From Candidatus Bathyarchaeota archaeon (GTDB lineage: Archaea; Thermoproteota; Bathyarchaeia; TCS64): a DNA stretch of 64,000 nt. Each line of letters starts with the position of its first letter. Position 1 is the stretch's first letter. The position numbers and the translations under genes were made by a program. The DNA lies in NCBI GenBank assembly GCA_043826455.1, contig JBDRQD010000048.1, positions 160,001 to 224,000 of the forward strand. Reading direction: 5' to 3'. A model generated the notes under the pieces. That model had not been told where the DNA came from. It searched no databases and saw nothing but the letters and a program-made list of their open reading frames with translations. Below are positions 47,018 to 56,377 of this stretch, piece by piece.

Positions 47018-48012
47018 TTCCTGAGAGGGGCGTATCCTACTATGGCGTGGCCTACCCGGACCGCGCCGCGGGTGACTACGCCGAGATGGTGGACCACGGC
47101 TGCAACGCCGTGCTTCTCGCGGTATCCGAGTTCGACTGGTGGTTCTGGCGGAAGAACGTCATCAGGCTCATAGACGTGGCCAAGGACCACGGGCTTAAAA
47201 CCTATGTGGACCTGTGGGGCTGGGGCAAGACCCTGGCCGGGGAGCCCCCCAGCCTCTTCCTCATGAGGAGCCTGGAGGGCAGGCAGAGGGCCGCGTCCGG
47301 CAAGACTTACCACGCCACGTGCCTGAACCACGGCGCCTTCAGGGAGCACTTGAGGCGCAGCGTAGAGGAGCTGGTCACCGAGACGTGCCTGGACGGCCTC
47401 TTCTGGGACGAGCCCCACTACGCCAACTGGCATGACAGTGACTGGGCCTGCACATGCAGCATATGCGGCGCATTGTACAGGGACAGGTACGGGGAGGACA
47501 TGCCCCTGGAGCTGACGCCTAGGGTAATAGAGTTCAGGGAGGACAGGGCCGTGGGGTTCCTCAGGGAGCTGAGCGTCTACGTCAAGGAGGCGGACCCCAC
47601 CGTGGACGTGGTCTGCTGCCTACTGCCCACCAAGAGCCCCCTAATAGGCATCACTGACTGGGAGAAGGTGGCAGCCATACCGGAGCTGGACACCCTGGCC
47701 ACGGACCCCTACTACTTCCACACCGGTATGAGCCGGGAGGAGGGCCTAGCCTTCTTCAGGGAGACCAGCATGGACTGCATGAGCCTCGCCCAGAGGCACG
47801 GAAAGCTGAGCCAGCTCTGGCTCATGGCCTTCAGAGTGCCCGTGGGGAGGGAGGGTGAGCTATCCGAGGCCGCCGACATAGCTGCCGAGCTGGGCGCCGA
47901 CTCCCTCTTCGCGTGGCCCTACAGGGGAGGCGAGGGCAGCGTACTGGCCTCAGGGGACCCGTGGAGGGTCTGGGACGCCATAGGGGCCGCCTACAGGAGG
48001 CACGCGGCCTGA
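47014..48012 (+). CDS. uncharacterised TIM-barrel glycoside-hydrolase-like protein
   Basis: Alternating beta/alpha pattern, DGLFWDEPH, CTCSIC, TDPY; ATGA overlap with murQ. Confidence 0.65.
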   Translation: MIPERGVSYYGVAYPDRAAGDYAEMVDHGCNAVLLAVSEFDWWFWRKNVIRLIDVAKDHGLKTYVDLWGWGKTLAGEPPSLFLMRSLEGRQRAASGKTYHATCLNHGAFREHLRRSVEELVTETCLDGLFWDEPHYANWHDSDWACTCSICGALYRDRYGEDMPLELTPRVIEFREDRAVGFLRELSVYVKEADPTVDVVCCLLPTKSPLIGITDWEKVAAIPELDTLATDPYYFHTGMSREEGLAFFRETSMDCMSLAQRHGKLSQLWLMAFRVPVGREGELSEAADIAAELGADSLFAWPYRGGEGSVLASGDPWRVWDAIGAAYRRHAA

Positions 48013-48014
48013 CC

Positions 48015-49166
48015 GTGAAGGCAGGCGTAGATGTTCTTCTTGGTGATCCCCGAGGCTTCCTCGGGGGCGACGCCGTTGGCCTGGTCACCAACCCCACGGG
48101 GGTGACCCGCCGTCTCGAGTCCACTCTGGACGCCCTTCACAGTAATCCTGATGTCAACTTGAAGGCAGTGTTTGGACCTGAGCACGGAGCTAGAGGCGAT
48201 ATTCAGGACGCCTTGCTGGTGGAGGGCCACGTGGACGAGGCCACGGGGCTGCCCGTGCACAGCCTCTACGGTGAGCACATGGCGCCGACCATTGAGATGC
48301 TGGACGGCCTTGACGCCCTGGTCTTCGATATCCAGGACTGCGGCGCCAGATTCTACACCTACGTCTCGACGCTGACCTACTGCATGGAGGCGGCCGCCCG
48401 GGACGGCCTGGGCGTGGTGGTCCTTGACAGGCCGGACCCCATCAACGGGCTCAGCGTCGGGGGCGGCGTCCTGAGGCCCGGGTTCGAGTCCTTCATCGGC
48501 CTGCACCCCGTTCCGTTTAGGCACGGCCTCACGATGGGGGAGCTGGCTTCATTCATCAACACGGGAATCGGCTGCCGGCTTGAGGTCGTGGAGCTGGAAG
48601 GGTGGAGCAGGGCCATGTGGTACGACGAGACCGGCCTGCCCTGGGTGCAGCCCAGCCCCAACATGCCCACCTTGGAGACGGCCATCGTTTTCCCAGGCAC
48701 ATGCCTCTTCGAGGGGGTGAACGCCATCGAGGGCAGGGGCACCACGCGTCCCTTCGAGTACTTGGGCGCCCCCTGGGTGGACGGGCGGCGGTGGACGGAC
48801 GCCATGAACGCCCTCAGGTTACCCGGCGCCGGGTTCAGGGCTTGCCACTTCACTCCCGCCTTCTGGAGGCACAGCGGCGAGAGGTGCGATGGCCTCCAGG
48901 TCCACGTCACCGACAGGAACGCGTACATACCCGTGGAGACCGGCGTCCACCTACTCTCCACCCTCATAGGGCTCCAGGGGGACAGGTTCAGGTTCAACGA
49001 GCCCACCTACGACAAGAGGAGGCACTTCGACCTCCTGGCCGGCACCGACAGGCTCAGGCTGAGTCTTATGGACGGCGAGCCGGTGCAGGAGATCGTGGGG
49101 GCCTGGGAGCCGGAGGTGGAGCGATTCGTGAAGAGTAGGGAGAGGCACCTGCTGTACGGTGAGTGA
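48015..49166 (+). CDS. namZ: exo-beta-N-acetylmuramidase (DUF1343/GH171)
   Basis: LVTNPTG, FGPEHG, SLYG, FDIQDCGARFYTY, PSPNMP and EGRGTTRPFE motifs; no signal peptide. Confidence 0.94.
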   Translation: MKAGVDVLLGDPRGFLGGDAVGLVTNPTGVTRRLESTLDALHSNPDVNLKAVFGPEHGARGDIQDALLVEGHVDEATGLPVHSLYGEHMAPTIEMLDGLDALVFDIQDCGARFYTYVSTLTYCMEAAARDGLGVVVLDRPDPINGLSVGGGVLRPGFESFIGLHPVPFRHGLTMGELASFINTGIGCRLEVVELEGWSRAMWYDETGLPWVQPSPNMPTLETAIVFPGTCLFEGVNAIEGRGTTRPFEYLGAPWVDGRRWTDAMNALRLPGAGFRACHFTPAFWRHSGERCDGLQVHVTDRNAYIPVETGVHLLSTLIGLQGDRFRFNEPTYDKRRHFDLLAGTDRLRLSLMDGEPVQEIVGAWEPEVERFVKSRERHLLYGE

Positions 49167-49169
49167 GCT

Positions 49170-50327
49170 ATGGCTGGTTACACTATCAGGGGGACCATGG
49201 TTACGCCCTTCGAGCTGATCTCGGGGGGCCAGGTGGAGGTCACGGACGGCACCATAAGCTACGCGGGACCCAGGCGGGCGGCCGCGGGCCACGTCATCGA
49301 CCACGCCGACGACCTGGTGTGCCCCGGATTCATAGACCTCCACGTCCACGGGGGAGCCGGCGTCGACACCATGGACCCCGACCCGGAGGCCCTCAGCAGG
49401 CTCTCAACGTACCTGGCCACTGGGGGCGTCACAGGGTTCTTGGCCACCACCCACACGGCCCCCAAGGAGGAGCTGATAACGGCCCTCTGCAGAGTCGAGG
49501 CGGCCCAGAGGATGGGCACGCCCGGGGCTGTCATCCTTGGGGCCCACGTGGAGGGGCCCTTCATCAGCGAGGAGAAGAAGGGGGCCCAGGACGGCGGCCA
49601 GGTGAGACAGGCCACAGAGATGGAGCTGGACGCCCTCTACACGGCGTCAGGGGGCACATTGAAGATCATGACTCTTTCCCCAGAGACAGGGGACGCTCTG
49701 AGGGCTGTGGAGTGGCTGGTGGAGAGGGGCGTCGTCGCAGCGGCGGGCCACACGGACGCGTCCTACGAGGAGGCGCTGCGAGCCTTCGACCGCGGTATCA
49801 CGCATTTAAGCCACTTCTATAATGGCATGAGAGGGCTTCATCATAGAGAACCCGGGGTAGTGGGAGCTGGTTTGACCGATGGCAGGGTCAACCTGGAGCT
49901 TGTGGCCGACGGAGTCCACGTCCACCCCGCCGCCCTTAGGCTGGCCGTGTTAGCCAAGGGCCCCGCCAAGATAGCCCTGGTGAGCGACTCAGTGAAGCCC
50001 GGGGGACTCCCGGACGGCGAGTACAGCTTCGGTGGCAGAGCGGTTCACGTGAAAGGCAGAAACATCACGCTGCGGGGCGGCGTCATCGCCGGCAGCGGGA
50101 TAAGGCTCAACGACGCTATCGCCACCATGGTGGAGGAGGCAGGCGTCGCCCTCACGGAGGCCGTGCAGATGGCTTCCAACACCCCCGCTAGGATACTCAA
50201 GCTGACGCCCCGCAAAGGCAGGCTGGAAGAAGGCGCAGACGCCGACATCACGGTAATAGACTGGAGGTACAGGGTCCTGAGGACCATCGTCGGCGGAGAG
50301 ACAGTGTACGAGGCTGAGCAACAATGA
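49170..50327 (+). CDS. nagA: N-acetylglucosamine-6-phosphate deacetylase
   Basis: PGFIDLHVHG, HVEGPF, GHTDA, HFYNGM, DGVHVHP and VSD motifs. Confidence 0.96.
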   Translation: MAGYTIRGTMVTPFELISGGQVEVTDGTISYAGPRRAAAGHVIDHADDLVCPGFIDLHVHGGAGVDTMDPDPEALSRLSTYLATGGVTGFLATTHTAPKEELITALCRVEAAQRMGTPGAVILGAHVEGPFISEEKKGAQDGGQVRQATEMELDALYTASGGTLKIMTLSPETGDALRAVEWLVERGVVAAAGHTDASYEEALRAFDRGITHLSHFYNGMRGLHHREPGVVGAGLTDGRVNLELVADGVHVHPAALRLAVLAKGPAKIALVSDSVKPGGLPDGEYSFGGRAVHVKGRNITLRGGVIAGSGIRLNDAIATMVEEAGVALTEAVQMASNTPARILKLTPRKGRLEEGADADITVIDWRYRVLRTIVGGETVYEAEQQ

Positions 50328-51511
50328 AGGATAGGCATGATGTCCAGCTGCAACGAGCCAAAGCCTCAAGAAGAATCCTCGGCCTCATGTCAGGCACCTC
50401 AGCTGACGGCGTCACAACTGCCCTAACTGAGATAACGGGCACCGGGGCCACCGCCAAGATCAGGCTCCTCGCCCACGGCACATACCCGTACCCCGAGGAG
50501 GTGAGCCGCCGCCTCTTCAACCTCTTCACCCCAGGCGCGTCCACCATCCGGGACGTGTGCGAGATGAACTTCGTCGTCGGCGAGTGCTTCGCGGACGCCG
50601 CCCTCAGGCTCCTGGATGACCACGGGCTGAGCCCAGAAGAAGTGGACCTGGTGGGCTCTCACGGCCAGACCGTGTGGCACCAGCCCCAGGCGAAGCCCGT
50701 CGCAGGCATCGACGCTGATTCGACCCTCCAGATAGGTGAGCCCGCCGTCATATCCATGCGCACCGGGCTGCCCGTGGTGGCCGACTTCAGGAAGGCGGAC
50801 ATGGCGGCCGGGGGCCAGGGCGCGCCTCTGACGCCGTACCTTGACTACGTCCTCCACAGGCACCCCTCAAAGAGCATCATACTCCAGAACATCGGGGGCA
50901 TAGCGAACCTCACCTACATCCCGGCCTCCACCTCCCCAGGCGACGTGGTGGCCTTCGACACCGGGCCCGGGAACATGATCATAGACGCCGTGGCCCGCCG
51001 CTACACGGGCGCAAGCCACGACGTGGACGGCGGCCTGGCCAGAACCGGCACTGTCCACCGGGAGCTCCTTGCCGATCTGATGAGTCACCCCTACTACGGC
51101 AGGACTCCGCCCAAAACCACAGGCCGCGAGATGTTCGGCGAACAGTACGCCGCCGAGGTCATAAGGCGGGGAGAGTCTATGGGGCTGCCCCCAGGAGATA
51201 TTGCCGCGACCGTCACGGCCTTAACCGTGGAGACCATCGCTGACGCCTACATGAGGCACCTGCCCAGTGCAGTGGACGAGGTCTACGTCTCAGGAGGCGG
51301 CTCGAAGAATCCGGCCCTAATGGATGAGCTGAGGAGCAGGCTCAGCACCCCCGTCCGCAACTACTCTGAGCTTGGGTTCCCAGGCGAGGCCAAGGAGTCG
51401 GTACTGGTGGCTCTCCTGGCCAACGAGTACATCATGGGCACTCCATGCAACATGCCCTCTGCTACGGGTGCACGGCAGCGGGTCGTGTTGGGCTCCGCCA
51501 CATGGGTTTAA
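50324..51511 (+). CDS. anmK: anhydro-N-acetylmuramic acid kinase
   Basis: GLMSGTSADG, GSHGQTVWH, DFR..DMAAGGQGAPL, NIGGIAN and FDTGPGN motifs. Confidence 0.96.
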   Translation: MKDRHDVQLQRAKASRRILGLMSGTSADGVTTALTEITGTGATAKIRLLAHGTYPYPEEVSRRLFNLFTPGASTIRDVCEMNFVVGECFADAALRLLDDHGLSPEEVDLVGSHGQTVWHQPQAKPVAGIDADSTLQIGEPAVISMRTGLPVVADFRKADMAAGGQGAPLTPYLDYVLHRHPSKSIILQNIGGIANLTYIPASTSPGDVVAFDTGPGNMIIDAVARRYTGASHDVDGGLARTGTVHRELLADLMSHPYYGRTPPKTTGREMFGEQYAAEVIRRGESMGLPPGDIAATVTALTVETIADAYMRHLPSAVDEVYVSGGGSKNPALMDELRSRLSTPVRNYSELGFPGEAKESVLVALLANEYIMGTPCNMPSATGARQRVVLGSATWV

Positions 51512-51576
51512 CCCAACAATTTACTTGGGTAAAGACATATATGGGTAAATGTGGTTTTGGTAAACTAGTGACCTGG

Positions 51577-51813
51577 TTGGCCGAGACCACTTACCACGAG
51601 AACAAGATATACGTCCCCGCAGAGGTACGAGAGAAGCTGGGCCTCAGACCCGGTGAGAAGCTCAACATCGTCATGCTGGATAAGCGGAGCTTCAAGGTGG
51701 AGCTTCAGAGAAGACTCCCCGAAGAGGAACTGGACGACGAACTCATAAGCCCCTCCAAGGTAGGAGTGCCGGCTAAGCTCACCCGTAGGGAAATATACGA
51801 TGATATATGTTGA
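51577..51813 (+). CDS. AbrB/MazE/SpoVT-family antitoxin
   Basis: KIYVPAEVREKLGLRPGEKL motif; overlaps the PIN gene; start TTG 51577 or ATG 51541. Confidence 0.85.
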   Translation: MAETTYHENKIYVPAEVREKLGLRPGEKLNIVMLDKRSFKVELQRRLPEEELDDELISPSKVGVPAKLTRREIYDDIC

Positions 51814-52303
51814 CCGCGCGCCCCTCCACGAGAGCCCCCACGCGGCCAAGCGGTTACTCCTGGACACCATGATCCTGTGCTACGCCCACGACAGCCTGAG
51901 CCCCCACAACTGCAGAGCCAGCCTCATAGTCAGGGCCGCCATCCACGGCCACATCAGAACCCAGCTGAGCTACCAGAACCTGTCAGAGTTCTACGCCGTC
52001 GTCACAGGCAGACGGGTGGTCAATCCCCTGACGCAGGACCACGCCGCCCGGCTCTGCAGGCTCTACATGGGCTGCGCAGAGATCGGGCTCATATCGCCCA
52101 CCAGGGAAACGTACGCCGAAGCCTTCGCGTCCCTAGGCGAAAGACGGGTCGCCGGAGGCGACGTGTTCGACCACATACTCGCCTACACTGCCAAGGACAG
52201 GGCCGACACCATCTGGACCGACAACACCAGGCACTTCCAGGGCTATCCCTTCCTCAACGCTGAGAACCCCCTCGACTGGGATTGGGAGGAGACTCCGAAG
52301 TAA
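51800..52303 (+). CDS. vapC: PIN-domain (VapC-like) toxin
   Basis: LLDT, LSEFY, FD..LA and IWTDN..HF motifs. Confidence 0.85.
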   Translation: MIYVDRAPLHESPHAAKRLLLDTMILCYAHDSLSPHNCRASLIVRAAIHGHIRTQLSYQNLSEFYAVVTGRRVVNPLTQDHAARLCRLYMGCAEIGLISPTRETYAEAFASLGERRVAGGDVFDHILAYTAKDRADTIWTDNTRHFQGYPFLNAENPLDWDWEETPK

Positions 52304-52439
52304 CAATAGCCCATAGCACCTTAAAACTAGTTAAAAGCAATCCAAAAATAAATCGCGAAAGGTACGGTCACGGTACCGGACCCTCGTCAGCGCTCGTACA
52401 CGTTAAATTGCCTCAGCAGCCATAAAATACGGAAGCAGA

Positions 52440-53630
52440 ATGAGTAAAACAGCCCTATCGAAGGCTCTCAAGAGGATCGACGAGAACCGGATCATCGAGC
52501 TCGCCAAGGAGCTCATAGGAGTCCCCAGCGTCACGGGCCAGGAGAAGGCCGTCATGCACCGCGCCAAGGGCCTCCTGGAGGACGCCGGGGTCCCCGTCAC
52601 CTTCCACGGCGGCGAGGACAGGCCCATCATCGAGGCCGTCCTCAACCCCGGCGCCGAGAGGCAGCTGATATTCAACGGCCACCTGGACGTGGTGCCCATA
52701 GCCAGGCCCGACGCATGGACCAGGAAGCCCTGGGACCCCGTCCTGGAGGACGGCAGGCTCTACGGCAGGGGCGCCAGCGACATGAAGAGCAGCTGCGCAG
52801 TGATGATACACCTTATGGAGCTCCTCAGAGACGCTGACCTGCCCCTCAGCGTCGGTGTCCACCTGGTGCCCGACGAGGAGAAGGGCGCACAGTACGGCTC
52901 CAAGGTGCTAGTGGACAAGATAGTGGCGGGGGAGATGAGGCGCCCAGACTATGTGGTCATCGGTGAGCAGAGCAACCTGAAGGTGAGGGTCGCTGAGCGC
53001 GGCATGTTCGGGTTCCAGGTCAAGTTTCTCGGGCGGGCGGCTCACACGGCGGCCTGCAGGACCAACGGGGTGAACGCCATAGCCAAGGCCTCCAAGGGGG
53101 TCCTGGCCCTGGAGCACCACATAGACAAGTTCCACCCCTGGATAGGCCACCCCATGCAGAGCGTCAACATCATCCAGGGTGGGACAGTCACCAACCAGGT
53201 GCCCGCCGAGTGCACCATCACCGTGGACCGGCGCCTCGTCATCGGGGAGACCGCCGACGACGTAGTGGAATCGGTCAAGGCCGACCTGGACAAGGCTGGA
53301 GAGGGGGACCTCGACTGGAGCTGGGAGATGGTAGCCCCCAAGGACGATAAAGGAGAATGGGTTTACACCCCCGCCAACTTCACTCCACCGGACACGCCCC
53401 TGGGAGAAGCCTTCATGAAGGCGGTGCCCGCCGCCCTGGGCACGGAGCCGGAGCTCTACGTGGAGTGGGCCGGCAGCACCGACGGCCGCCTCTACAGGCA
53501 GGCCGGCATCCACACCATAGGCTTCGGGCCCGTAGGGTTCGGAGCCCACGGCCCCGACGAGTTCGTCATCGTGGACAGCCTCATGAAGCAGGCCAGGGTC
53601 TACGTGGCCCTGGTCCATGGGCTCGGCTAG
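52440..53630 (+). CDS. M20 (ArgE/DapE-family) metallopeptidase/deacylase
   Basis: NGHLDVVP, YGRGASDMK, DEE, GE and AHGPDE motifs. Confidence 0.93.
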   Translation: MSKTALSKALKRIDENRIIELAKELIGVPSVTGQEKAVMHRAKGLLEDAGVPVTFHGGEDRPIIEAVLNPGAERQLIFNGHLDVVPIARPDAWTRKPWDPVLEDGRLYGRGASDMKSSCAVMIHLMELLRDADLPLSVGVHLVPDEEKGAQYGSKVLVDKIVAGEMRRPDYVVIGEQSNLKVRVAERGMFGFQVKFLGRAAHTAACRTNGVNAIAKASKGVLALEHHIDKFHPWIGHPMQSVNIIQGGTVTNQVPAECTITVDRRLVIGETADDVVESVKADLDKAGEGDLDWSWEMVAPKDDKGEWVYTPANFTPPDTPLGEAFMKAVPAALGTEPELYVEWAGSTDGRLYRQAGIHTIGFGPVGFGAHGPDEFVIVDSLMKQARVYVALVHGLG

Positions 53631-55246
53631 CCGCCGTTCTTTATCCGGACGATCTCGTCCACTAGGTTCATTGCTAGCTGGTAGTTGTCCCCGACCCTTA
53701 TCCACGGGTCCATGAGCCAGGTGATGTCCCCGAAGGCCACCACCGTTGTGTTTCCCTTATCCAGCAGCGCCACCGGCCCGTATACGTCCATCAGCTCAGA
53801 GACGCTGTTGTAGGTGCCCCAGCTGGCGTAGGCTGTGTCACTGTCCGTGGCGCTTAGGTGGGTCGAGGTGAAAAACACGAGCTGGGTAAGCTCCTCTGTG
53901 AGCCAGTTGGCCTCGAACTGGGTGACCTTGATGTTCCTGTAGAAGCCGTGGTAGTCCAGCATGTTGTACAGGTAGCCTTTGCCAAAGTGGAGTCCCCAGT
54001 GGTTCGCCAAGCTGTTTATCGGTCCCTGCATCTGGCTGGTGCTGAGGAACTCGGTGCTGGCGTCACTGAACAGCACCAGCATGTTTCCCCTCTGGACGAA
54101 CCTCTGGATGGCCTCGTACTGCTCGTAGCTGTAAGCCTGGGTGGGGGCAACCACTATGAGGCAGGAGGCGTGATCCAGGGCCTTCTCGACGGTCTCCCAC
54201 GTGTAGCCGTATCCCAGGAAGACGCCGCGCTTGGCCAGCTCAGCGGCCAGGGCGTCCATGACGTAGGGGCTCACCCTGTTGCCGTGGCTCACGTCCACCA
54301 CCACCTGGCCTACCTGCACCTCTGTCACGTTGCTCTCCTCTATGGTGATGGACGCCTCGTCTCCGTTCTGCATGTATATCTGGTTAGGCATGTACAGGTA
54401 GTAGAGGGCCGGGGGCGGGTTAGCCTCGTTGAGCTGGCTGACGGTGGGGTACCCCGAGGTCAGGGCGCCGCCGCCCTGGTTCACCCTCTCCACTAGGTCC
54501 ACCACCTTGTAGCTGTCCAGCTCCGCCTGCCCGGCAGCGTAGTCTAGGGCGGCCTGCCGGCCCCCTATCTGGTCCGCGACGCCCAAGTTGACGGCCTCCG
54601 TCCCCAGCCACACCGAGCCTCTCTTCATCTCCATGAGGCTCAGGGTGAGCCTGGAGCCTCTGCCCAGCTGCACCGCCGAGGCGAAGCTGTCCAATGCCTT
54701 GGTAATGTTGAAGGGGAAGAGGGCGGGGCTGAACCCGGTGACCTTCTGGGGCCCCGTCTCGAAGGTGAACTCGCTGGGCACCATGAATCCTGGGCCCACG
54801 CCGATGACCCCCACGTTGCCCACCATGGCCGTGGGCAGGGTGAATATCTGGTCCGCGGCCACGGCTATGTAGTAGCCGCCCGAGAGGGCCGTGGAGGCCG
54901 AGGCCACCAGGGGCTTGGACTTCTTCAGCTCCAGGAGGTCAAAGTACACCTGCTCCACAAGGTATGCGGAGCCGCCGGGGGAGTCGATCTCCAGCACAAC
55001 CGCCTTGATGTCGTCGTCGTTCACCGCCTCCCGTATGGCGTCCAGCAGCAGCCCTGCCTGGCCTGCCTCCTCGATGACGCCCTCGACGGCTATCACCCCC
55101 ACGGTGCCCCTCCTGACACCGGTCCCAGGTATGCCGTCGTTAGGCTCCCAGAAGTAGATGAATGCCATGCCTACGATCATTATGATGGAGAACGCGGCCA
55201 GCGCCATCGTCCCACGGTTACCCTTAATCTTCTCCAAATACCCCAA
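53627..55246 (-). CDS. sppA: S49 (SppA-like) peptidase with N-terminal TM and a C-terminal DUF4350/GATase-like domain
   Basis: IDSPGGS, SGGYYIA and GNVGV motifs; then VVVDVSHG...FVQRG..LV...FGD domain. Confidence 0.8.
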   Translation of the reverse strand: MGYLEKIKGNRGTMALAAFSIIMIVGMAFIYFWEPNDGIPGTGVRRGTVGVIAVEGVIEEAGQAGLLLDAIREAVNDDDIKAVVLEIDSPGGSAYLVEQVYFDLLELKKSKPLVASASTALSGGYYIAVAADQIFTLPTAMVGNVGVIGVGPGFMVPSEFTFETGPQKVTGFSPALFPFNITKALDSFASAVQLGRGSRLTLSLMEMKRGSVWLGTEAVNLGVADQIGGRQAALDYAAGQAELDSYKVVDLVERVNQGGGALTSGYPTVSQLNEANPPPALYYLYMPNQIYMQNGDEASITIEESNVTEVQVGQVVVDVSHGNRVSPYVMDALAAELAKRGVFLGYGYTWETVEKALDHASCLIVVAPTQAYSYEQYEAIQRFVQRGNMLVLFSDASTEFLSTSQMQGPINSLANHWGLHFGKGYLYNMLDYHGFYRNIKVTQFEANWLTEELTQLVFFTSTHLSATDSDTAYASWGTYNSVSELMDVYGPVALLDKGNTTVVAFGDITWLMDPWIRVGDNYQLAMNLVDEIVRIKNGG

Positions 55247-55348
55247 CCTCAGTTACCCCATAGGATTCCCGGACACGTTTAAAGATGTTCACACCCAGGC
55301 AAGACTTTAACAGCCCCGGACCCATATGTCCCGTGTTCTGGTGTCGAA

Positions 55349-56236
55349 ATGACTCAAACCGTTTTACCCGGCGTCCCCGAGGCCTTCAGCCTCTTCGGCA
55401 GGCCCCTATGTACTGCCCCGCTGCTTCCGGAGGCCCTGGAGCAGCAGAGGCCGCTCTACGAGAAGGCCCTTGAGGACTGGAGGGAATGCCCAGAGGACCC
55501 CGACAGGATCATATGGCTGGGCAGACGAACCGCTTACCTGGGAAGGTACAGGGAGGCCCTAGCCATATTCAGCATGGGTCTGGAGAAGCACCCCGGCTAC
55601 GCCAAGCTGTACAGGCACAGGGGCCACAGGTTCATAACGTTGAGGCTCTTCGGCAACGCCGTCGACGACTTCGAGAAGGCCGCGGAGCTCATGGTCTCGG
55701 CGCCGGACGAGGTGGAGCCCGACGGCCTCCCCAACCCCAGGGGCACGCCCACCAGCACCCTGTACTTCAACGTCTGGTACCACCTCGGCCTCTCCTATTA
55801 CCTGGTAGGCGACCTGCGGAGGGCCCTCAAGGCCTACAGGATGTGCATGAAGGTCTCGGAGATGGACGAGAAGTACGTGGCCACGGCCCACTGGACCTAC
55901 ATGACCCTACGACGGCTGGGCAGAGAGAAGGAGGCGGAGAGGCTCCTGGGCCGCGTGGAGCCCGGCATGGACGTGGTGGAGAACACCCACTACCACGGCT
56001 GCCTCCTCATGTACAAGGGGCTGCGGAGCCCCGAGGAGCTCATGAAGGAGGCTAGGGATCAGGGCGCCCTGGGCTTGGTGACCACGGGGTACGGGGTCGC
56101 CAACTGGTACAGCTACAACGGCGACAAGGAGAAGGCCGTGGGCATCCTGCGGGAGATACTGGCCCTGGAGGGGTGGGCGGGCTTCGGATACATCGCGGCT
56201 GAGGCTGACCTGAAGCGCATGGGCTTGAAGCCCTGA
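55349..56236 (+). CDS. tetratricopeptide-repeat protein
   Basis: TPR patterns such as LYRHRGHRF...A..DF.KA and WYHLGLSYY..GD...AL.AY. Confidence 0.85.
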   Translation: MTQTVLPGVPEAFSLFGRPLCTAPLLPEALEQQRPLYEKALEDWRECPEDPDRIIWLGRRTAYLGRYREALAIFSMGLEKHPGYAKLYRHRGHRFITLRLFGNAVDDFEKAAELMVSAPDEVEPDGLPNPRGTPTSTLYFNVWYHLGLSYYLVGDLRRALKAYRMCMKVSEMDEKYVATAHWTYMTLRRLGREKEAERLLGRVEPGMDVVENTHYHGCLLMYKGLRSPEELMKEARDQGALGLVTTGYGVANWYSYNGDKEKAVGILREILALEGWAGFGYIAAEADLKRMGLKP

Positions 56237-56377
56237 TCAATTATTTTCCACCTGGGCCCTCCGAGGCGTCGGCCATCACATCAGTGATGGCCTTGAAACA
56301 GGTGGCCAACCATGTCCCTAATCTAGGCCTCGGCTTCAGAGATGTTGATTATATGGATTTAGGTATAGGCACGGGCT

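Noticed and set aside
52440..53630. M20 peptidase as a stem-peptide hydrolase of the mur operon
   Set aside because: Separated by the toxin-antitoxin module and its own AT-rich upstream region; nothing in the sequence indicates its substrate
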